Assembly: GCA_963785725.1 (NCBI GenBank)
Contig: CAWAWS010000027.1
Coordinates: 32,001 to 96,000, forward strand
Length of the DNA stretch: 64,000 bases
Reading direction: 5' to 3'
Origin: an uncultured delta proteobacterium
GTDB lineage: Bacteria; Myxococcota_A; Polyangia; Palsa-1104
Shown here: positions 21,341 through 33,273 of the stretch, piece by piece
How positions within the stretch are numbered: the stretch's first letter is position 1
Layout of the letters: each line of letters starts with the position of its first letter
The notes under the pieces: generated by a model
Told to the model about the DNA's origin: nothing
Databases searched by the model: none
What the model saw: the letters and a program-made list of their open reading frames with translations, nothing else
Position numbers and translations under genes: made by a program

Positions 21341-21416
21341 GAGGTGGAGGCGAGCTTATCTGCACGCGCCGCTTGTCGCTCGAAAATGAGCCGAGCTCGC
21401 GCAAGATCCCGGTGCG

Positions 21417-21743
21417 TCAGCGCGGCGTGAAGGCGATGATGGCCATGCCGACCAACGCCACGGCGCCGCCGGTCAGATCCCAACGATCGGGCCGTTGTCC
21501 GTCGACGAGCCAGAGCCAAGCGAGCGCGGTCGCGACATAGACCCCGCCGTAGGCTGCATACGTGCGTCCGGCGGAAGTGGGATGCAGCGTCAACAGCCAG
21601 ACGAACAGCGACAGACTGAGCGCGGCCGGCGCTATCAATAACGGTGATTGCTGTTTGCGCAGCCATAAATACGGCAGATAGCAGCCGACAATCTCCGCCA
21701 GCGCCGTCGCCACGAACAGTCCCAGCGTGCGTAAGACGATCAT
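21417..21743 (-). CDS. ynfA: YnfA (UPF0060) family small membrane protein
   Basis: [21 protein letters not shown] and PDRWD motifs; ATG overlaps the porin stop. Confidence 0.92.
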   Translation of the reverse strand: MIVLRTLGLFVATALAEIVGCYLPYLWLRKQQSPLLIAPAALSLSLFVWLLTLHPTSAGRTYAAYGGVYVATALAWLWLVDGQRPDRWDLTGGAVALVGMAIIAFTPR

Positions 21744-23179
21744 AGGCGTAAGGTCGCATTGACGATCAACCGATCGTCGCTCTTTTCGAGATCGGGCGTG
21801 AACGTCGGGACCAAAGGCGCCTGAATTCCGCCGGGGCCGGTGATGCCGCCGTGGCCGGCGAAATAGGGCTGATTCGAGGCCCGATGCGAATATTCGAGGC
21901 GGAAGAGCACCCACGGCGACGGCTGAAAGTCGTTGGTGATGCTGAAGCCGCCGAGCAGATAAGGCCCCTTGCTCGGCAGTGAATAGGGATCGCCGAGCGG
22001 CAGCCGCATGATGATTGAGCCGCGCTGGTCGTAAAAGACATCGCCGCGCACCGTCGTCGCCAGCCAGTCGGTCCAGGCGACGCGATGCGCGAGGCTCATG
22101 CCGCCCATCCAGCCGTTGGGCGTCGGCGCGCCGCGCTTCTCGTAGCCGATATCGCCGGTAAACGAAATGGCGGCGCTGTGAATCTTATGGGGGTTGCCGC
22201 CTTTGTAATATTCGATCTGCACGTTGCTGTCGCTCCACGGACGCAGCGAATGCGGGTCGTTCTCGACCTCTTGGCCGATATAGAACGAGTTGACGAGCGA
22301 GAGCCACTGCCGCGGACGCCAGTTGACGAGATAGCCGCCGGCCTTGCCTTCGTGCCATTGACCGAACGTTTGCCAGCCATTGACGAGCCAGAGCTCGACC
22401 TTCAAACGCCGCGTCGCGAAGATTTGTGTCCGTAAGCCAAAGAAGTAATAGGGCGTAAAGTCCGATAAGAACGCGTGCGTATAAGACCAGTTCTCTTGCG
22501 GGAGATAGCTCTCGAGACCGACATAAGAGGGAAAGATGCCGAGCTCGATGTTGAGGCCGTGCAGCAGATGAAAGTGCCAGCCGACCGCCGCTTGCTCGAT
22601 GTATTTGAAGACGCTGGCCGACAAGAAATAGCCGCGCGTCACGGTCGGGTCTTGACCGGCGTCGGTCTCGACGTTGGAGCCGTATTGAATGTAAATGCGG
22701 CCGAGGGGACCGTCCAAACCGGTGACGTCGACGCCGAGAATCCCGAGGTTGAAGGAGATCTCGTTATGGCGCGCCGCGACCGTCGTCGGGAAGATCGTGT
22801 GATCGATGGGCGCGTGGAATTGATAGGCATAATAGGCGTCGATATAGATCGACCACGTGAGCGGCCCCGACACGAGCAGCGATTGCGGCTGATTGTTGTT
22901 GCCGTTGAGCCAGCTGAAGTCGAATTCACCGAAGGTCGGCTCGCGCTCGTCGAGCCGTAACGGCTTGGCCGGCGCGCTCGGTGGCGGCGAAGCCGACGGC
23001 GCGGGCACGCTCGGCGGCGGCGCGGCCAGCTTTTGCTGCAGCGCCTTCAGCTCCGCCTCGAGGTGCAGGATGCGCGCGTGATCGGCGGCGGCGTCAGCGG
23101 CCGCCGGCGACTCTTGCGCCGCGGCGACGGGCGCCACGGCCAGAAAGACCCACACGAGGGCAAAACGGCAGCGCGACAT
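21740..23179 (-). CDS. Outer-membrane beta-barrel porin, BBP2-like
   Basis: Signal peptide and coiled-coil/Pro linker; [18 protein letters not shown]...[14 protein letters not shown] and LVNGW motifs; AGGAG RBS before 23179. Confidence 0.8.
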   Translation of the reverse strand: MSRCRFALVWVFLAVAPVAAAQESPAAADAAADHARILHLEAELKALQQKLAAPPPSVPAPSASPPPSAPAKPLRLDEREPTFGEFDFSWLNGNNNQPQSLLVSGPLTWSIYIDAYYAYQFHAPIDHTIFPTTVAARHNEISFNLGILGVDVTGLDGPLGRIYIQYGSNVETDAGQDPTVTRGYFLSASVFKYIEQAAVGWHFHLLHGLNIELGIFPSYVGLESYLPQENWSYTHAFLSDFTPYYFFGLRTQIFATRRLKVELWLVNGWQTFGQWHEGKAGGYLVNWRPRQWLSLVNSFYIGQEVENDPHSLRPWSDSNVQIEYYKGGNPHKIHSAAISFTGDIGYEKRGAPTPNGWMGGMSLAHRVAWTDWLATTVRGDVFYDQRGSIIMRLPLGDPYSLPSKGPYLLGGFSITNDFQPSPWVLFRLEYSHRASNQPYFAGHGGITGPGGIQAPLVPTFTPDLEKSDDRLIVNATLRL

Positions 23180-23437
23180 CGCGGTCTCCTTGCGCACGAC
23201 GAGGGCGCGACGATCTCCCGCCGGACGGCCCAGCGTCAACTTTTGTCGACGGCAACCGCAACGGAGCGGCGATTTGCGCGGATTCGTGCGAGCGCGCGTG
23301 ACTCGGCGTCGCAGCCGTTTCCCGACCGTCACGGGATGGCCAGGCTCGCCGGCCCGCGCGGTCGCCGAGCGAGCGAGCGTGGGCTCGGCCGCTAAGTCGC
23401 CCCTTGGCCGTGCGCAATGGCAGGCGCGTCGCGCGTT

Positions 23438-23457
23438 TCTATCGAACGTTCGATAGA
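23438..23457. promoter_or_regulatory. Perfect 20-bp palindrome, candidate operator
   Basis: TCTATCGAACGTTCGATAGA in the divergent porin/phosphatase intergenic region. Confidence 0.55.
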
Positions 23458-23537
23458 CCGACCGCACTAAGCGTGACTCTCGCCGCCCGCTCATTTTCTG
23501 ACTGGCCGAGCGACCGTTCGAGGTCAAACTAAGGGGA

Positions 23538-24158
23538 ATGCGATTTTCGCCCCTCTTGGTCATCGTGCTGGCTACAGTCCTCGTCGCCGGTTGTGCGACC
23601 TACTCAGCGGCGCCGCGGCGAATCTGCGTGGTCGAGCCGGGCTCGAAGCTCCAGGCATTCCAGGCGCTGCAGTCACGGCGCGGGCCGACCCGCTTCGCGC
23701 AGGTGACGCCGACGATCTATCGCGGCGGCGAGCCCAACGAGGAGCAGATGGCGCAGCTGAGCGCGCTCGGCGTGCGCACCATCATCGACCTGCGCAATCG
23801 GCCGCTCGACGTGGCCGCCGAGGCCGCGAGCGCCCGCAAGGTGGGCATCCAGGCGCTCAATTTCCCGTTCAGCGGCCTATCGGAGCCGGACCCGGCGGTG
23901 CTGCAGCACGCGGTGGCGGCGATTCAGGGGGCGTCGTCGGGCTCGGTCTACGTGCATTGCCAGCAGGGCCGCGATCGCACGTCGCTCATCGTCGCGCTCT
24001 ACCGCGTCTGGGTCGAAGGCTGGAATCCCAATGTCGCCTGGCGCAAGGAGGCGCTCGACTTCGGGCACGGCGGCATGCGCGCCATCTTCTTCCGCAAGCT
24101 CGACCGCGTGTTCGTGCGGCTGACCGCGCCGACGGCGACGGCGCCGCATCTCACCTGA
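23538..24158 (+). CDS. Cys-based (tyrosine/dual-specificity) phosphatase family lipoprotein
   Basis: Lipobox LVAGC; IYRGGEP, TIIDLR and catalytic HCQQGRDRT. Confidence 0.9.
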   Translation: MRFSPLLVIVLATVLVAGCATYSAAPRRICVVEPGSKLQAFQALQSRRGPTRFAQVTPTIYRGGEPNEEQMAQLSALGVRTIIDLRNRPLDVAAEAASARKVGIQALNFPFSGLSEPDPAVLQHAVAAIQGASSGSVYVHCQQGRDRTSLIVALYRVWVEGWNPNVAWRKEALDFGHGGMRAIFFRKLDRVFVRLTAPTATAPHLT

Positions 24159-24234
24159 CCTGACGACCTGACGCGCGCCCATCGGCCGCGCGACCGCAGC
24201 ACACCCAACGAATCCTTAAAGCAGCAATGAGCGG

Positions 24235-25863
24235 TTAGTTCGCGCGCAAAAGCTCGGCGCAGCGTTCGCCGATCATCATGCAGGGCGCGTTCGTGTTGCC
24301 GCCGGTGATCGACGGCATGATGGCGGCATCGGCGACGCGCAGCCCTTCGATGCCGCGCACCCGCAGCTGCGGGTCGACGACGGCGCGCTCGTCGGTGCCC
24401 ATGCGGCACGTGCCGACCGGGTGGTAGACGGTGTGGATGCGGTTGGGCAGCTCGGCCGCCATCGCCTCCGCCGACGCGAACTCGGCGCCGGGATGGAGCT
24501 CGCCCGTGACCACCCCCGACAGCGCCGACGCGGCCATGATGTCACGCACCATCGTAATGCCCTCGAGCAAGAGGCGGCGATCGTCACCCTGCTCGAGGAA
24601 GTGCGGATCGATGTGCGGCGCCGCCGTCGGATCGGCCGACACGAGCCGCATTTCGCCGCGGCTCTTCGGGTAAATCAGCGTCGGCATCACCGTCAGCGCC
24701 GGTCGCTTGTCGACGGTCGGACGCACCGGCTTGTCCTGATTCGGCGACGGATACGACCACGGCAGACAGTGAATCTGCAGGTCGGGAACGCCGGCGCGCG
24801 CTTGGCTCGAACGCAGAAAGCCCATGGCGTCGAACACCGTGCGGCCGAACCAGCTGTCGCCCTTGAACGTCTGCGCCAGCATGCCGCCGAAGAAGTGCCA
24901 GGCCGTGCCGCGATGCACCGCTTTCGGCGCCAAAAAGGTCATGGGCACGAAGAGGTGATCGTGCAGGTTCTTGCCGACGGGGAGATCGGCAACGGTCGTA
25001 ATGCCGTGCGCCGCCAGCTCTGCGGCGGGCCCGACGCCCGACAGCATGAGCAGCTGCGCCGAGCCGATGACGCCGGCCGACAAGATGACCTCGCGCCGCG
25101 CCCGAATCGTGCGCGTCTGCCCGTCGGCGATGAGCTCGACGCCGACGGCGCGGCCGCGCTCGATGACGACGCGCGCCACCGTCGCGCCCGTCTGCACGTG
25201 GAAGTTGGCGCGCGCCTTGGCCGGATGCACGTACGCCTCCGATGAGCTGAAGCGACGACCGTCGCGCGCGTTCATCTGGCACACGCCGATGCCCTCCTGC
25301 GACGCGCCGTTGTAGTCGTCGAGGATCGGCACGCCCTGCTGCTCCGCCAGCGCCTGCATGAACGCCGTCGTCGCGGGCACGAGATCCTTCGTCGGCGACA
25401 CGCGAATGGGACCGCCGGCGCCGCGGAATTCGTTGGCGCCGCCCTCCCAATCTTCGAGCCGGCGGAAGCAGCGCAGCGCGTCGGACCAGCCCCAGCCGCT
25501 GCAGCCTTCGGCGGCCCAATCCTCGTAGTTCTGCTTGTTGCCGCGGACGTAGACCATGCCGTTGATGGCGCTCGAGCCGCCGAGCACGCGGCCGCGCACG
25601 TACGGGATGCGGCGGCCGGCGGCGTTCGACTGCGGCGCCGTGTAGTAGCCCCAGTCGAAGCGCTTCTTGACCTTGGGCTCGGTGTGGATGATCGACACCA
25701 TGCCGGGAATCGTGCACAGCTTGGTGCGGTCGCTGCCGCCGGCCTCGAGGAGCAGGACTTCCGTGCCGGCGTCCTCCGACAGGCGGCTGGCGACGATGCC
25801 GCCCGCCGACCCGGCCCCGACGACGATGTAGTCCACTTCCGCGACTTCGGATGACGCTTTCAT
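24235..25863 (-). CDS. GMC family FAD oxidoreductase
   Basis: VGAGSAG, GRVLGGSSAINGM, VGKNLHDH, YHPVGTCRMG and GGNTNAP motifs. Confidence 0.95.
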   Translation of the reverse strand: MKASSEVAEVDYIVVGAGSAGGIVASRLSEDAGTEVLLLEAGGSDRTKLCTIPGMVSIIHTEPKVKKRFDWGYYTAPQSNAAGRRIPYVRGRVLGGSSAINGMVYVRGNKQNYEDWAAEGCSGWGWSDALRCFRRLEDWEGGANEFRGAGGPIRVSPTKDLVPATTAFMQALAEQQGVPILDDYNGASQEGIGVCQMNARDGRRFSSSEAYVHPAKARANFHVQTGATVARVVIERGRAVGVELIADGQTRTIRARREVILSAGVIGSAQLLMLSGVGPAAELAAHGITTVADLPVGKNLHDHLFVPMTFLAPKAVHRGTAWHFFGGMLAQTFKGDSWFGRTVFDAMGFLRSSQARAGVPDLQIHCLPWSYPSPNQDKPVRPTVDKRPALTVMPTLIYPKSRGEMRLVSADPTAAPHIDPHFLEQGDDRRLLLEGITMVRDIMAASALSGVVTGELHPGAEFASAEAMAAELPNRIHTVYHPVGTCRMGTDERAVVDPQLRVRGIEGLRVADAAIMPSITGGNTNAPCMMIGERCAELLRAN

Positions 25864-25918
25864 GCCGGCTGGCCTCCAGGCGACCGCCCTAGTCGCCTAC
25901 GCCTAGTCTGCACGAAAT

Positions 25919-25953
25919 TGAAACTTGTTCTAGTCCTTAAAGAACGCGTTCTA
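25919..25953. promoter_or_regulatory. Two 14-bp palindromic operators resembling the KstR box
   Basis: TGAAACTTGTTCTA (25919-25932) and AAGAACGCGTTCTA (25940-25953), compared with TnnAACnnGTTnnA. Confidence 0.6.
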
Positions 25954-26177
25954 GCGGATGCGCTAGTCGGCCGCGCCACTGCGGCGACCGCGAAGAATGT
26001 CCGTGCGTGAGATGTCGCCGGCGACCGATTCGTAACCGGGCGCGCGCGGTTCGCCGCCAACGACCGCCCGCCTACGTGCATCAACGTAGCGCGCGCTCGT
26101 CGACGACGCGCTCGTCGAGCCGCCACTTGCTAGCCCGAATGTAGTCGTTACATGTTCCGCGACTCTTCGCTGGAGGC

Positions 26178-27341
26178 GTGGTGGTGACTAGGCGGACGAT
26201 CGGCGCGATCGGTTTCCTTCTGCTCTCCGGATGCCGCAAGCCACCGCCACCGCCGCCGCCGGCCGCGACCGTCGTGGCCGACGTGGTGACGACGCGCAGC
26301 GTGCCGCTCGTCAAAGAATATCTGGCGACGATCGAGGGCGCGACGACCGCGCAGATCGAGCCGCAAGTCGCCGGGTATATCCTCGAGGTCAACTACACCG
26401 AAGGCAGTATCGTCCAAAAGGGTCAGCTCTTGTTCACCATCGACCCGCGCCCGCTGGCGGCGGCGCTGGAGAAGGCGCGCGGCGATCACGCGAGCGCGCT
26501 GGCCCAGCTCGACAAGTCCAAGGCCGACGTCGCGCGCTACACGCCGCTCGTGGCGCAGCACGCGCTCAGCCGCGAGCAGCTCGACGACGCCAAGGCCGCG
26601 GTGCTGGAGGCGCAAGGCAACGTCGTCTCGACCGCCGGTCAGCTGCACACGGCCAAGCTCAACCTCGACTGGACGCAGGTGCGCTCGCCCATCGCCGGCC
26701 TCGTCGGCCTGGCGCAGACGCGCGTCGGCACGCTGGTGACCGCGAACCAGGTGCTGACGGTGGTCTCGACGGTCGATCCGATCCGCGCGTCGTTTCACGT
26801 CAGCCAGCAGGAGTACCTGAAATATGCCGACGTGCTCAATCGGCCGGCGGCGCCGGAGTATGCGCGGCTGCGCTACTTCGAGCTCATCCTCGGCAACGGT
26901 CAGCCCTATCCCGAGCGGGCGCGCGAGGTCGTCGTCAATCGCCAGATCGACGTCAGCACGGGAACCTTGACGGTCGAGGCGTTCTTCCCCAATCCGAAGC
27001 GCATCTTGCGGCCGGGGCTCACCGGCAATGTGCGCGTCCACGTCGGCACCGACGTGCCGACGCCGGTCGTGCCCGAGCGCGCCGTGACCGAGCTGCAAGG
27101 GCAGTCGCAGGTGTCGATCATCGACAACGACGGGCGCGTGCAGACGCGCAAGGTCAAGCTGGGCGGGCAGCTCGAGCACTCGTTCGTCGTCGAGAGTGGC
27201 CTTATGGCCGGCGATCGCGTCATCACCGAAGGGCAGCAGAACATCATGCCCGGCGCCAAAGTGAACGTGCGCAACGCGTCGGCACGGGCGCCGTCGTCGC
27301 CGCTGTCGAGCGCGGAAAAGCCGCATCAACAGGAGCCGTAG
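26178..27341 (+). CDS. RND efflux periplasmic adaptor (AcrA-like)
   Basis: Lipobox LLLSGC; EGSIVQKGQLLFTIDP, VRSPIAG and FPNPKRILRPG motifs. Confidence 0.93.
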   Translation: MVVTRRTIGAIGFLLLSGCRKPPPPPPPAATVVADVVTTRSVPLVKEYLATIEGATTAQIEPQVAGYILEVNYTEGSIVQKGQLLFTIDPRPLAAALEKARGDHASALAQLDKSKADVARYTPLVAQHALSREQLDDAKAAVLEAQGNVVSTAGQLHTAKLNLDWTQVRSPIAGLVGLAQTRVGTLVTANQVLTVVSTVDPIRASFHVSQQEYLKYADVLNRPAAPEYARLRYFELILGNGQPYPERAREVVVNRQIDVSTGTLTVEAFFPNPKRILRPGLTGNVRVHVGTDVPTPVVPERAVTELQGQSQVSIIDNDGRVQTRKVKLGGQLEHSFVVESGLMAGDRVITEGQQNIMPGAKVNVRNASARAPSSPLSSAEKPHQQEP

Positions 27342-27344
27342 CCG

Positions 27345-30300
27345 ATGTCCGCCTTTTTCGTGGGCCGACCGATCGTGGCCATGGTCATCTCGCTCGTCAT
27401 CGTCATCGCCGGCGCGACCTCGATGCGCGCGCTGCCGATCGCGCAGTTTCCCGAGATCGCGCCGCCCGAAGTGCAGGTGACGGCGAACTACACCGGCGCC
27501 GACGCGGTGACCGTCGAGCAGTCGGTGGCGACGCCGATCGAGCAGCAGATGAACGGCGTCGAGCGCATGATCTACATGCAGTCCATCAACGGCAGCGACG
27601 GCACCTTCACGCTCAACGTCAACTTCGAGGTCGGCACGTCGCCCGACACCGCCAACGTGCTGGCGCAGAACCGCGTCACGCAGGCGCAGGCGCGCTTGCC
27701 CGAGGCCGTGAGCGCGTACGGCCTGACGGTGAAGAAGGAGTTCGCCTCGCCGCTGTTGGTGCTCGCGCTCTACTCGCCGGGCGCCAGCTACGACAACCGC
27801 TTCTTGGCCAACTACGCGACCATCAACTTGGTCGATCAGCTGCTGCGCGTGCCCGGCGTCGGCGACGTCAAAGTCTTCGGCTCGTCCGACTATTCGATGC
27901 GCGTCTGGATCAACCCCGACGTGCTGGCCAACCTCGGGCTGACCGTGGCCGACCTCGTGCTCGCGCTGCAGCGGCAGAGCACCGTCAATCCCGCCGGCCA
28001 GGTCGGCGCCGAGCCGGTGCCCAAAGGCCAGGAGTTCACATACACCATCCGCGCCAAAGGACGCCTGGTCAGCGCCGACGAGTTCGCCAACGTCATCGTG
28101 CGCGAGAACCTCGACGGCTCGGTGGTGCGCCTCAAAGACGTCGCGCGCATCGACCTCGGCACCGAGACCTACTCCGAGATGGGCCGCTTCATGAGCAAGA
28201 ACGCGGCGGTCATGGTCGTCTATCAAGTGCCGGGCTCGAACGCGCTCGACATCGCCAAGCTGGCGCGCCAGACGATGCAGGTCGCGCAGGCGAAGTTTCC
28301 CAAGGACATGTCCTACTCGGTCTCGCTCGACAGCACCGAGCCGGTGGTCGAAGGCATCCGCGAGATCGTCGTCGCGCTGATCGAGACGCTGGCGCTGGTC
28401 ATCGCCGTCGTCTTCTTGTTCCTGCAGAGCTGGCGCGCGACGCTGATTCCGCTCTTGACCGTGCCGGTGTCGCTGCTCGGCACGTTCATCCTCTTTCCGC
28501 TCTTCGGCTTCTCGGTCAACACGCTGTCGCTGTTCGGCCTGTTGCTCGCCATCGGCCTCGTCGTCGACGACGCCATCGTCGTCGTCGAGGCGGTGCAGCG
28601 ACACATCGAGGACGGCATGCCGCCGCGCGAGGCGACGCTGCAGGCGATGCGCGAAGTCTCCGGTCCGGTCGTCGCCATCGCGCTGGTGCTCGCCGCCGTG
28701 TTCGTCCCCATCGCCTTCGTCGTCGGCATCAAAGGGCGGCTGTTCCAGCAGTTCGCGCTCACCATCGCCGCGTCGGTCATCATCTCGGCGTTCACCGCGC
28801 TCACGCTCAGCCCGGCCTTGACCGCGATGCTGCTCAAGCCGCAAAAGCGCGGTCGCGGCCTCATCGCGCGCTTCTTCGCCGGCTTCGATCGCGTGTTCGG
28901 CTGGACGACCGGCCACTACGTCAATTTGGCCGGCATCCTCGTGCGCAAGACCTTCATCGCCTTCGTGATCTTGGCGCTGTTCGGCGCCGGCGCGGCGCTC
29001 GTGGGCCGGCGGCTGCCGTCGAGCTTCGTGCCCGACGAGGACCAAGGCTTCATCTTCGGCAACCTGCAGCTGCCCGACGCCGCCTCCTTGCAGCGCACCA
29101 ACGAGATGATGGGCAAGCTCGAAGAGATCATGGCGCACACCGACGGCATCGAGTCTTACACGACCGTCGCCGGCTTCAGCCTCCTGACCTCGACGGCGGC
29201 GAGCAACCAAGGCCTCATGTTCATCAAGCTCAAGCCGTGGAAAGTGCGCAAGTCGCAGGCGCTGTCGGTCGAAGGCATCGTCGGCGCGCTCAATCGGCGC
29301 TTCGCCGGCGTCATCGAAGGGCGCGCCTTTACGTTTCCACCGCCGGCCATCCTCGGCATCGGCACGTCGGGCGGCTTCGACATGATGCTCGAAGATCGCG
29401 CCGGCATCTCCGTCGAGGAGCTGGCGACCAACGTCGAGAAGTTCATGGCGGTGGCCAAGCAGCGGCCCGAGCTCGTCCGCCTCAACGACGGCTTCCGCCC
29501 GGTCGTGCCGCAGCTCTATGCGCACGTCAACGAGGCGCTGGCGCTCAAGCAAGGCGTCGACTTGGGTGACGTCTACACGACCTTGGGCAGCTTCATGGGC
29601 GGCCAGTACATCAACGACTTCAACCGCTTTGGCCGCGTCTGGCGCGTCTATCTCGAGGCCGACGGCGACTTCCGCACGCGCCCCGACAACATCGATCGCT
29701 TCTACGTGCGCAACAAGAACAACGAGATGGTGCCGCTCTCGACGCTGGTGACGATCGAGAAGGTCAACGGACCGCTGTTCACGACGCGCTTCAACATGTA
29801 TCGCTCGGCCGAGATCACCGGCTCGGCGGCGCCCGGCTACAGCTCGGGACAGGCGATGGCGGCGCTGGTCGAGGTCGCGCACCAGACGCTGCCGAAGGAG
29901 ATGTCGTTCGACTGGTCCGGCATGTCGTATCAAGAGCAAAAGGCCGGCGGCGTCGGCGGCGTGCTGACGTTGGCGCTGCTCTTGGTGTTCCTCATTCTGG
30001 CGGCGCAATACGAGAGCTGGTCGCTGCCGTTCAGCGTGCTGTTGTCGACGCCCATCGCGCTCTTCGGCGCGCTCGCCGGCCTCTTCATCCGCAAGCTGTC
30101 GCTCGACGTCTACGGGCAGATCGGCCTCATCATGCTCATTGGCCTCGCGGCGAAGAACGCCATCTTGATCGTCGAGTTCGCGCGCGCCCAGCTCGAAGGC
30201 GAAGGCCACGTGACCATCGAGGATTCGGCGCTGGCGGCGGCGCGACTGCGCTTTCGCCCGATCTTGATGACGTCGTTCGCCTTCATCTTCGGCATGACGC

Positions 30301-30545
30301 CGTTGTGGGTCGCGGCCGGCGCCGGCGCCGTGTCGCGCCGCGAGCTGGGCTCGGCCGTCATCGTCGGCATGCTGATCGCGACCGCGTTCGGCGTCTTCGT
30401 CGTGCCGGCGCTGTTCACGTTCGTCGAGTGGGTGGTGCGACGCGGCTGGCGGCACGCGCCGACGCCCGAGAAGCCGCCGACGGCACCGGCGACGCCCGCT
30501 CCGCCGGTCACGCACATCGGCGGCGGCGGGGAGCAGCCGGCATGA
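27345..30545 (+). CDS. RND multidrug efflux permease (HAE1/AcrB-like)
   Basis: [34 protein letters not shown] and RFRPILMTS motifs. Confidence 0.96.
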   Translation: MSAFFVGRPIVAMVISLVIVIAGATSMRALPIAQFPEIAPPEVQVTANYTGADAVTVEQSVATPIEQQMNGVERMIYMQSINGSDGTFTLNVNFEVGTSPDTANVLAQNRVTQAQARLPEAVSAYGLTVKKEFASPLLVLALYSPGASYDNRFLANYATINLVDQLLRVPGVGDVKVFGSSDYSMRVWINPDVLANLGLTVADLVLALQRQSTVNPAGQVGAEPVPKGQEFTYTIRAKGRLVSADEFANVIVRENLDGSVVRLKDVARIDLGTETYSEMGRFMSKNAAVMVVYQVPGSNALDIAKLARQTMQVAQAKFPKDMSYSVSLDSTEPVVEGIREIVVALIETLALVIAVVFLFLQSWRATLIPLLTVPVSLLGTFILFPLFGFSVNTLSLFGLLLAIGLVVDDAIVVVEAVQRHIEDGMPPREATLQAMREVSGPVVAIALVLAAVFVPIAFVVGIKGRLFQQFALTIAASVIISAFTALTLSPALTAMLLKPQKRGRGLIARFFAGFDRVFGWTTGHYVNLAGILVRKTFIAFVILALFGAGAALVGRRLPSSFVPDEDQGFIFGNLQLPDAASLQRTNEMMGKLEEIMAHTDGIESYTTVAGFSLLTSTAASNQGLMFIKLKPWKVRKSQALSVEGIVGALNRRFAGVIEGRAFTFPPPAILGIGTSGGFDMMLEDRAGISVEELATNVEKFMAVAKQRPELVRLNDGFRPVVPQLYAHVNEALALKQGVDLGDVYTTLGSFMGGQYINDFNRFGRVWRVYLEADGDFRTRPDNIDRFYVRNKNNEMVPLSTLVTIEKVNGPLFTTRFNMYRSAEITGSAAPGYSSGQAMAALVEVAHQTLPKEMSFDWSGMSYQEQKAGGVGGVLTLALLLVFLILAAQYESWSLPFSVLLSTPIALFGALAGLFIRKLSLDVYGQIGLIMLIGLAAKNAILIVEFARAQLEGEGHVTIEDSALAAARLRFRPILMTSFAFIFGMTPLWVAAGAGAVSRRELGSAVIVGMLIATAFGVFVVPALFTFVEWVVRRGWRHAPTPEKPPTAPATPAPPVTHIGGGGEQPA

Positions 30546-31978
30546 GCCGCCTCGTCGTCGTCGTGCTGGCGCTTGGGCTCGCCGGCTGCCCGCTCGGGCC
30601 CAACTACAAGCGGCCGTCGACGCCGATGACGAGCACCTTTCGCGACCAGGCGGTGGCCGAGGCGACGTCGTTCGCCGACCTGCCGTGGTGGGAGGTGCTG
30701 CGCGACCCGGCGTTGAGCGCGCTCATCCGCGAGGCGCTCGACAACAGCTTCGACCTGCAAGACGCCGTGGCCCGCGTCGACGTGGCGCGCGAGAACGCGC
30801 ACATCGGCACCGACAAGCTGCTGCCGGCGATCGGCATCCAAGGCGGCCCCGGATATCAACAAGTTTACTTCGGCACCTTCCCCGGGTTGAAAGCGGGAAA
30901 CGTGCGCTACGCCAGCTACGAAGCCGAGGCCACCGTCTCGTGGGAGGTCGATGTGTGGGGCCGGCTGCGGCGCTTGCGGCAATCGGCGATCGCCGACTTC
31001 TTCGCCAGCGAGGACAATCGGCGCGCCGTCGTCGTCTCGTTGATCGGCGACATCGCGGAGAATTACTTCAATCTGCTGGCGCTCGATCGACAGCTGCAGA
31101 TCGCGCGGCGCACCGTCGATTCGCGACAGGAGACGCTGGTCCTGTTCCAAAAGCGCGAGACCGGCGGCGTCGGCGACGCGCTCGACACGACGTCCGAGCA
31201 GGCGCAGCTGGCCGACGCGCGCGCCACGCAGGCGAGCGTGGAGCGGCAGATCGTGCAGACCGAGAATCAGCTGGCGCTGCTCATCGGACGGCCGCCGGGA
31301 CCGATCGCGCGCGACATCGCGCTGCTCGACCGGCCGGTGCCCGCCGATCAGCCGACCGGGCAGCCGCTGGCGCTCCTGACGCGACGGCCCGACGTGCACC
31401 GCGCCGAGTCGCAGCTGGTGTCGGGCAACGCGCAGGTCGGCGCCGCGTTCGCCGCGCTCTTTCCGTCGTTCACGTTCAACGGCAGCGCCGGGCTCGAGAG
31501 CGGCTCGCTGTCGAACCTATTCACGTCGACCGCCTTCACGTTCGGGCTCAGCCTCTTGGTCAACTGGATGGCGCCCATCTTGAACGGCGCGCAATATGCG
31601 CATCAATATCGCGGGCAACAGGCCAACTATCGCGCGCTCGTGGCCGACTATCGGCGCGCGGTGCTGAACGCGCTCGTCGACGTCGCCAACGCGCTCGTCA
31701 CCATCCAGACCTATCGCCTGCAGCGCGTGCAGCAGGAGCTGGGCGTCGTGGCGCTGACCGAGCGGCTGAGGCTGGCCAAGGTGCGCTTCGCCAACGGCGT
31801 CGCCAGCTACTTGGATGTCGTCAACGCCGAGCAGGTCCTGTTTCCGGCGGAGCTGGCGCTGGCGCAGACGATGGGCTCGCAGCTCGTCGCCTATACGCAG
31901 CTGTATCGTTCGCTCGGCGGCGGCTGGCAGACCGCGCCGTCGCAGGCGGTCGCAGCGCGGCAGCAGCGCGATCGTTAG
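30542..31978 (+). CDS. RND outer-membrane factor lipoprotein (NodT/OprM-like)
   Basis: Lipobox LAGC then [23 protein letters not shown] and [13 protein letters not shown] overlap with the permease stop. Confidence 0.95.
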   Translation: MSRLVVVVLALGLAGCPLGPNYKRPSTPMTSTFRDQAVAEATSFADLPWWEVLRDPALSALIREALDNSFDLQDAVARVDVARENAHIGTDKLLPAIGIQGGPGYQQVYFGTFPGLKAGNVRYASYEAEATVSWEVDVWGRLRRLRQSAIADFFASEDNRRAVVVSLIGDIAENYFNLLALDRQLQIARRTVDSRQETLVLFQKRETGGVGDALDTTSEQAQLADARATQASVERQIVQTENQLALLIGRPPGPIARDIALLDRPVPADQPTGQPLALLTRRPDVHRAESQLVSGNAQVGAAFAALFPSFTFNGSAGLESGSLSNLFTSTAFTFGLSLLVNWMAPILNGAQYAHQYRGQQANYRALVADYRRAVLNALVDVANALVTIQTYRLQRVQQELGVVALTERLRLAKVRFANGVASYLDVVNAEQVLFPAELALAQTMGSQLVAYTQLYRSLGGGWQTAPSQAVAARQQRDR

Positions 31979-32005
31979 CGCATGCGCTTGCCGCGACCGC
32001 GTCGG

Positions 32006-33151
32006 TCAGTCGAAGCGCACGTCGGCGAATCCGCGTCCCGGCCGCGCGAAATAAAAGCCCTGCATCAGATCGCACTTGGCCTCGAGCAGCACGTCGCGCT
32101 CGCTCGGCGTCTCCACGCCCTCGACGATGACGCGCATGCCCAGCTGCGCGCACAGCTCGCTCATCGACAGCACGATCCCGCGCTTCGTCGCGTTGGAATC
32201 GACGTCGCGCACGAGCGACATGTCGAGCTTGACGACCTCGGGCTCGACCATCGCCAGCGTCGACAGCCCGGCGTAACCGGCGCCCAAGTCGTCGACCGCG
32301 ATGCGGAAGCCGAGCCGGCGCAGCATCTCCACGCGATCGCCCAAGTGCGGCACGCGCTCGATGCTCGTACGCTCGGTGATCTCCAGCACCACGCGCCGCG
32401 CCAGCGCCGACAGCGGCGACGACGCCGACCACAGCTGCTCGTCCTCGAGGTCCTCGGCGCGCAAGTTGACGAAGATGAGGGCGTCGCTCGGCGCGTGCAC
32501 GGCCGCGCGCGCGACCGCCGCGCGAATCAGGCGGCCGATCTCGGTGACGCGCCCGAGCCGCTCGGCCGCGCTCAGCATCAGCTCCGGCTTCGACATCGCC
32601 GGCTCGTCGCTGCGCAAGAGCGCTTCGTAGGCATAGACGCGCCGCGCCTTCAGATCGACGATCGGCTGAAACGCCATCCACAGCGTCGACATCGCTCGCT
32701 CGAAGCAGTTGGTCAGCGCCGCCGAATCGCCGAGCAGCTTGTCCTCGGCGCCCATCAGCTCCAGCGCCTGACGCTTCAAGCGCGCCAAGTTGTAGAGCCC
32801 GACCGCGCGCTGCACCGTCTGAATGAGCAGCGACGACTCGACCGGCTTCAAGAGCACGCGCGTCGCGCCGTACTGCACGGCCTCGGTGGCGATGCGCAGC
32901 GCCGAGCCGCCGGTCATCAAGATCACCGGCACGTCGAGATCGCGCTCGCGCACGGCGCGCAAGAGCTGCAAGCCCGTCATGCCCGGCATCGAGATGTCGC
33001 TGACGATGGCGTCGAACGGCTGCTCGCGCACCGCTTGCAGCGCGCTCGCGCCATCGGCGGCGGTGACGACGTCGAGCTGCGCCCGCTTGAGCACACGCTC
33101 GTACGCGCGCCGGATCTCCGGTTCGTCGTCCGCCAGCAGGATTCGCCCCAT
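32006..33151 (-). CDS. REC-EAL response regulator (c-di-GMP phosphodiesterase family)
   Basis: REC (LADDE, SDISMP); FQPI, YEALLR, LEITE, DDLGAG, VKLD and VEGVET motifs. Confidence 0.93.
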   Translation of the reverse strand: MGRILLADDEPEIRRAYERVLKRAQLDVVTAADGASALQAVREQPFDAIVSDISMPGMTGLQLLRAVRERDLDVPVILMTGGSALRIATEAVQYGATRVLLKPVESSLLIQTVQRAVGLYNLARLKRQALELMGAEDKLLGDSAALTNCFERAMSTLWMAFQPIVDLKARRVYAYEALLRSDEPAMSKPELMLSAAERLGRVTEIGRLIRAAVARAAVHAPSDALIFVNLRAEDLEDEQLWSASSPLSALARRVVLEITERTSIERVPHLGDRVEMLRRLGFRIAVDDLGAGYAGLSTLAMVEPEVVKLDMSLVRDVDSNATKRGIVLSMSELCAQLGMRVIVEGVETPSERDVLLEAKCDLMQGFYFARPGRGFADVRFD

Positions 33152-33273
33152 ACACCCTCCCGAACCGTCGCAAATCCGCGGTACGCGGTTAGTTTAGCGC
33201 CAATCGAACGCAATTCGCACGCGCCAAATTGTCGCCGGCAATCCGAGCCGCGCGGCCGTTCGTAAATCGCAGC

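Noticed and set aside
26148..30515. 1455-aa minus ORF and 1112-aa ORF 26231..29569
   Set aside because: Shadows of the RND adaptor and permease genes.
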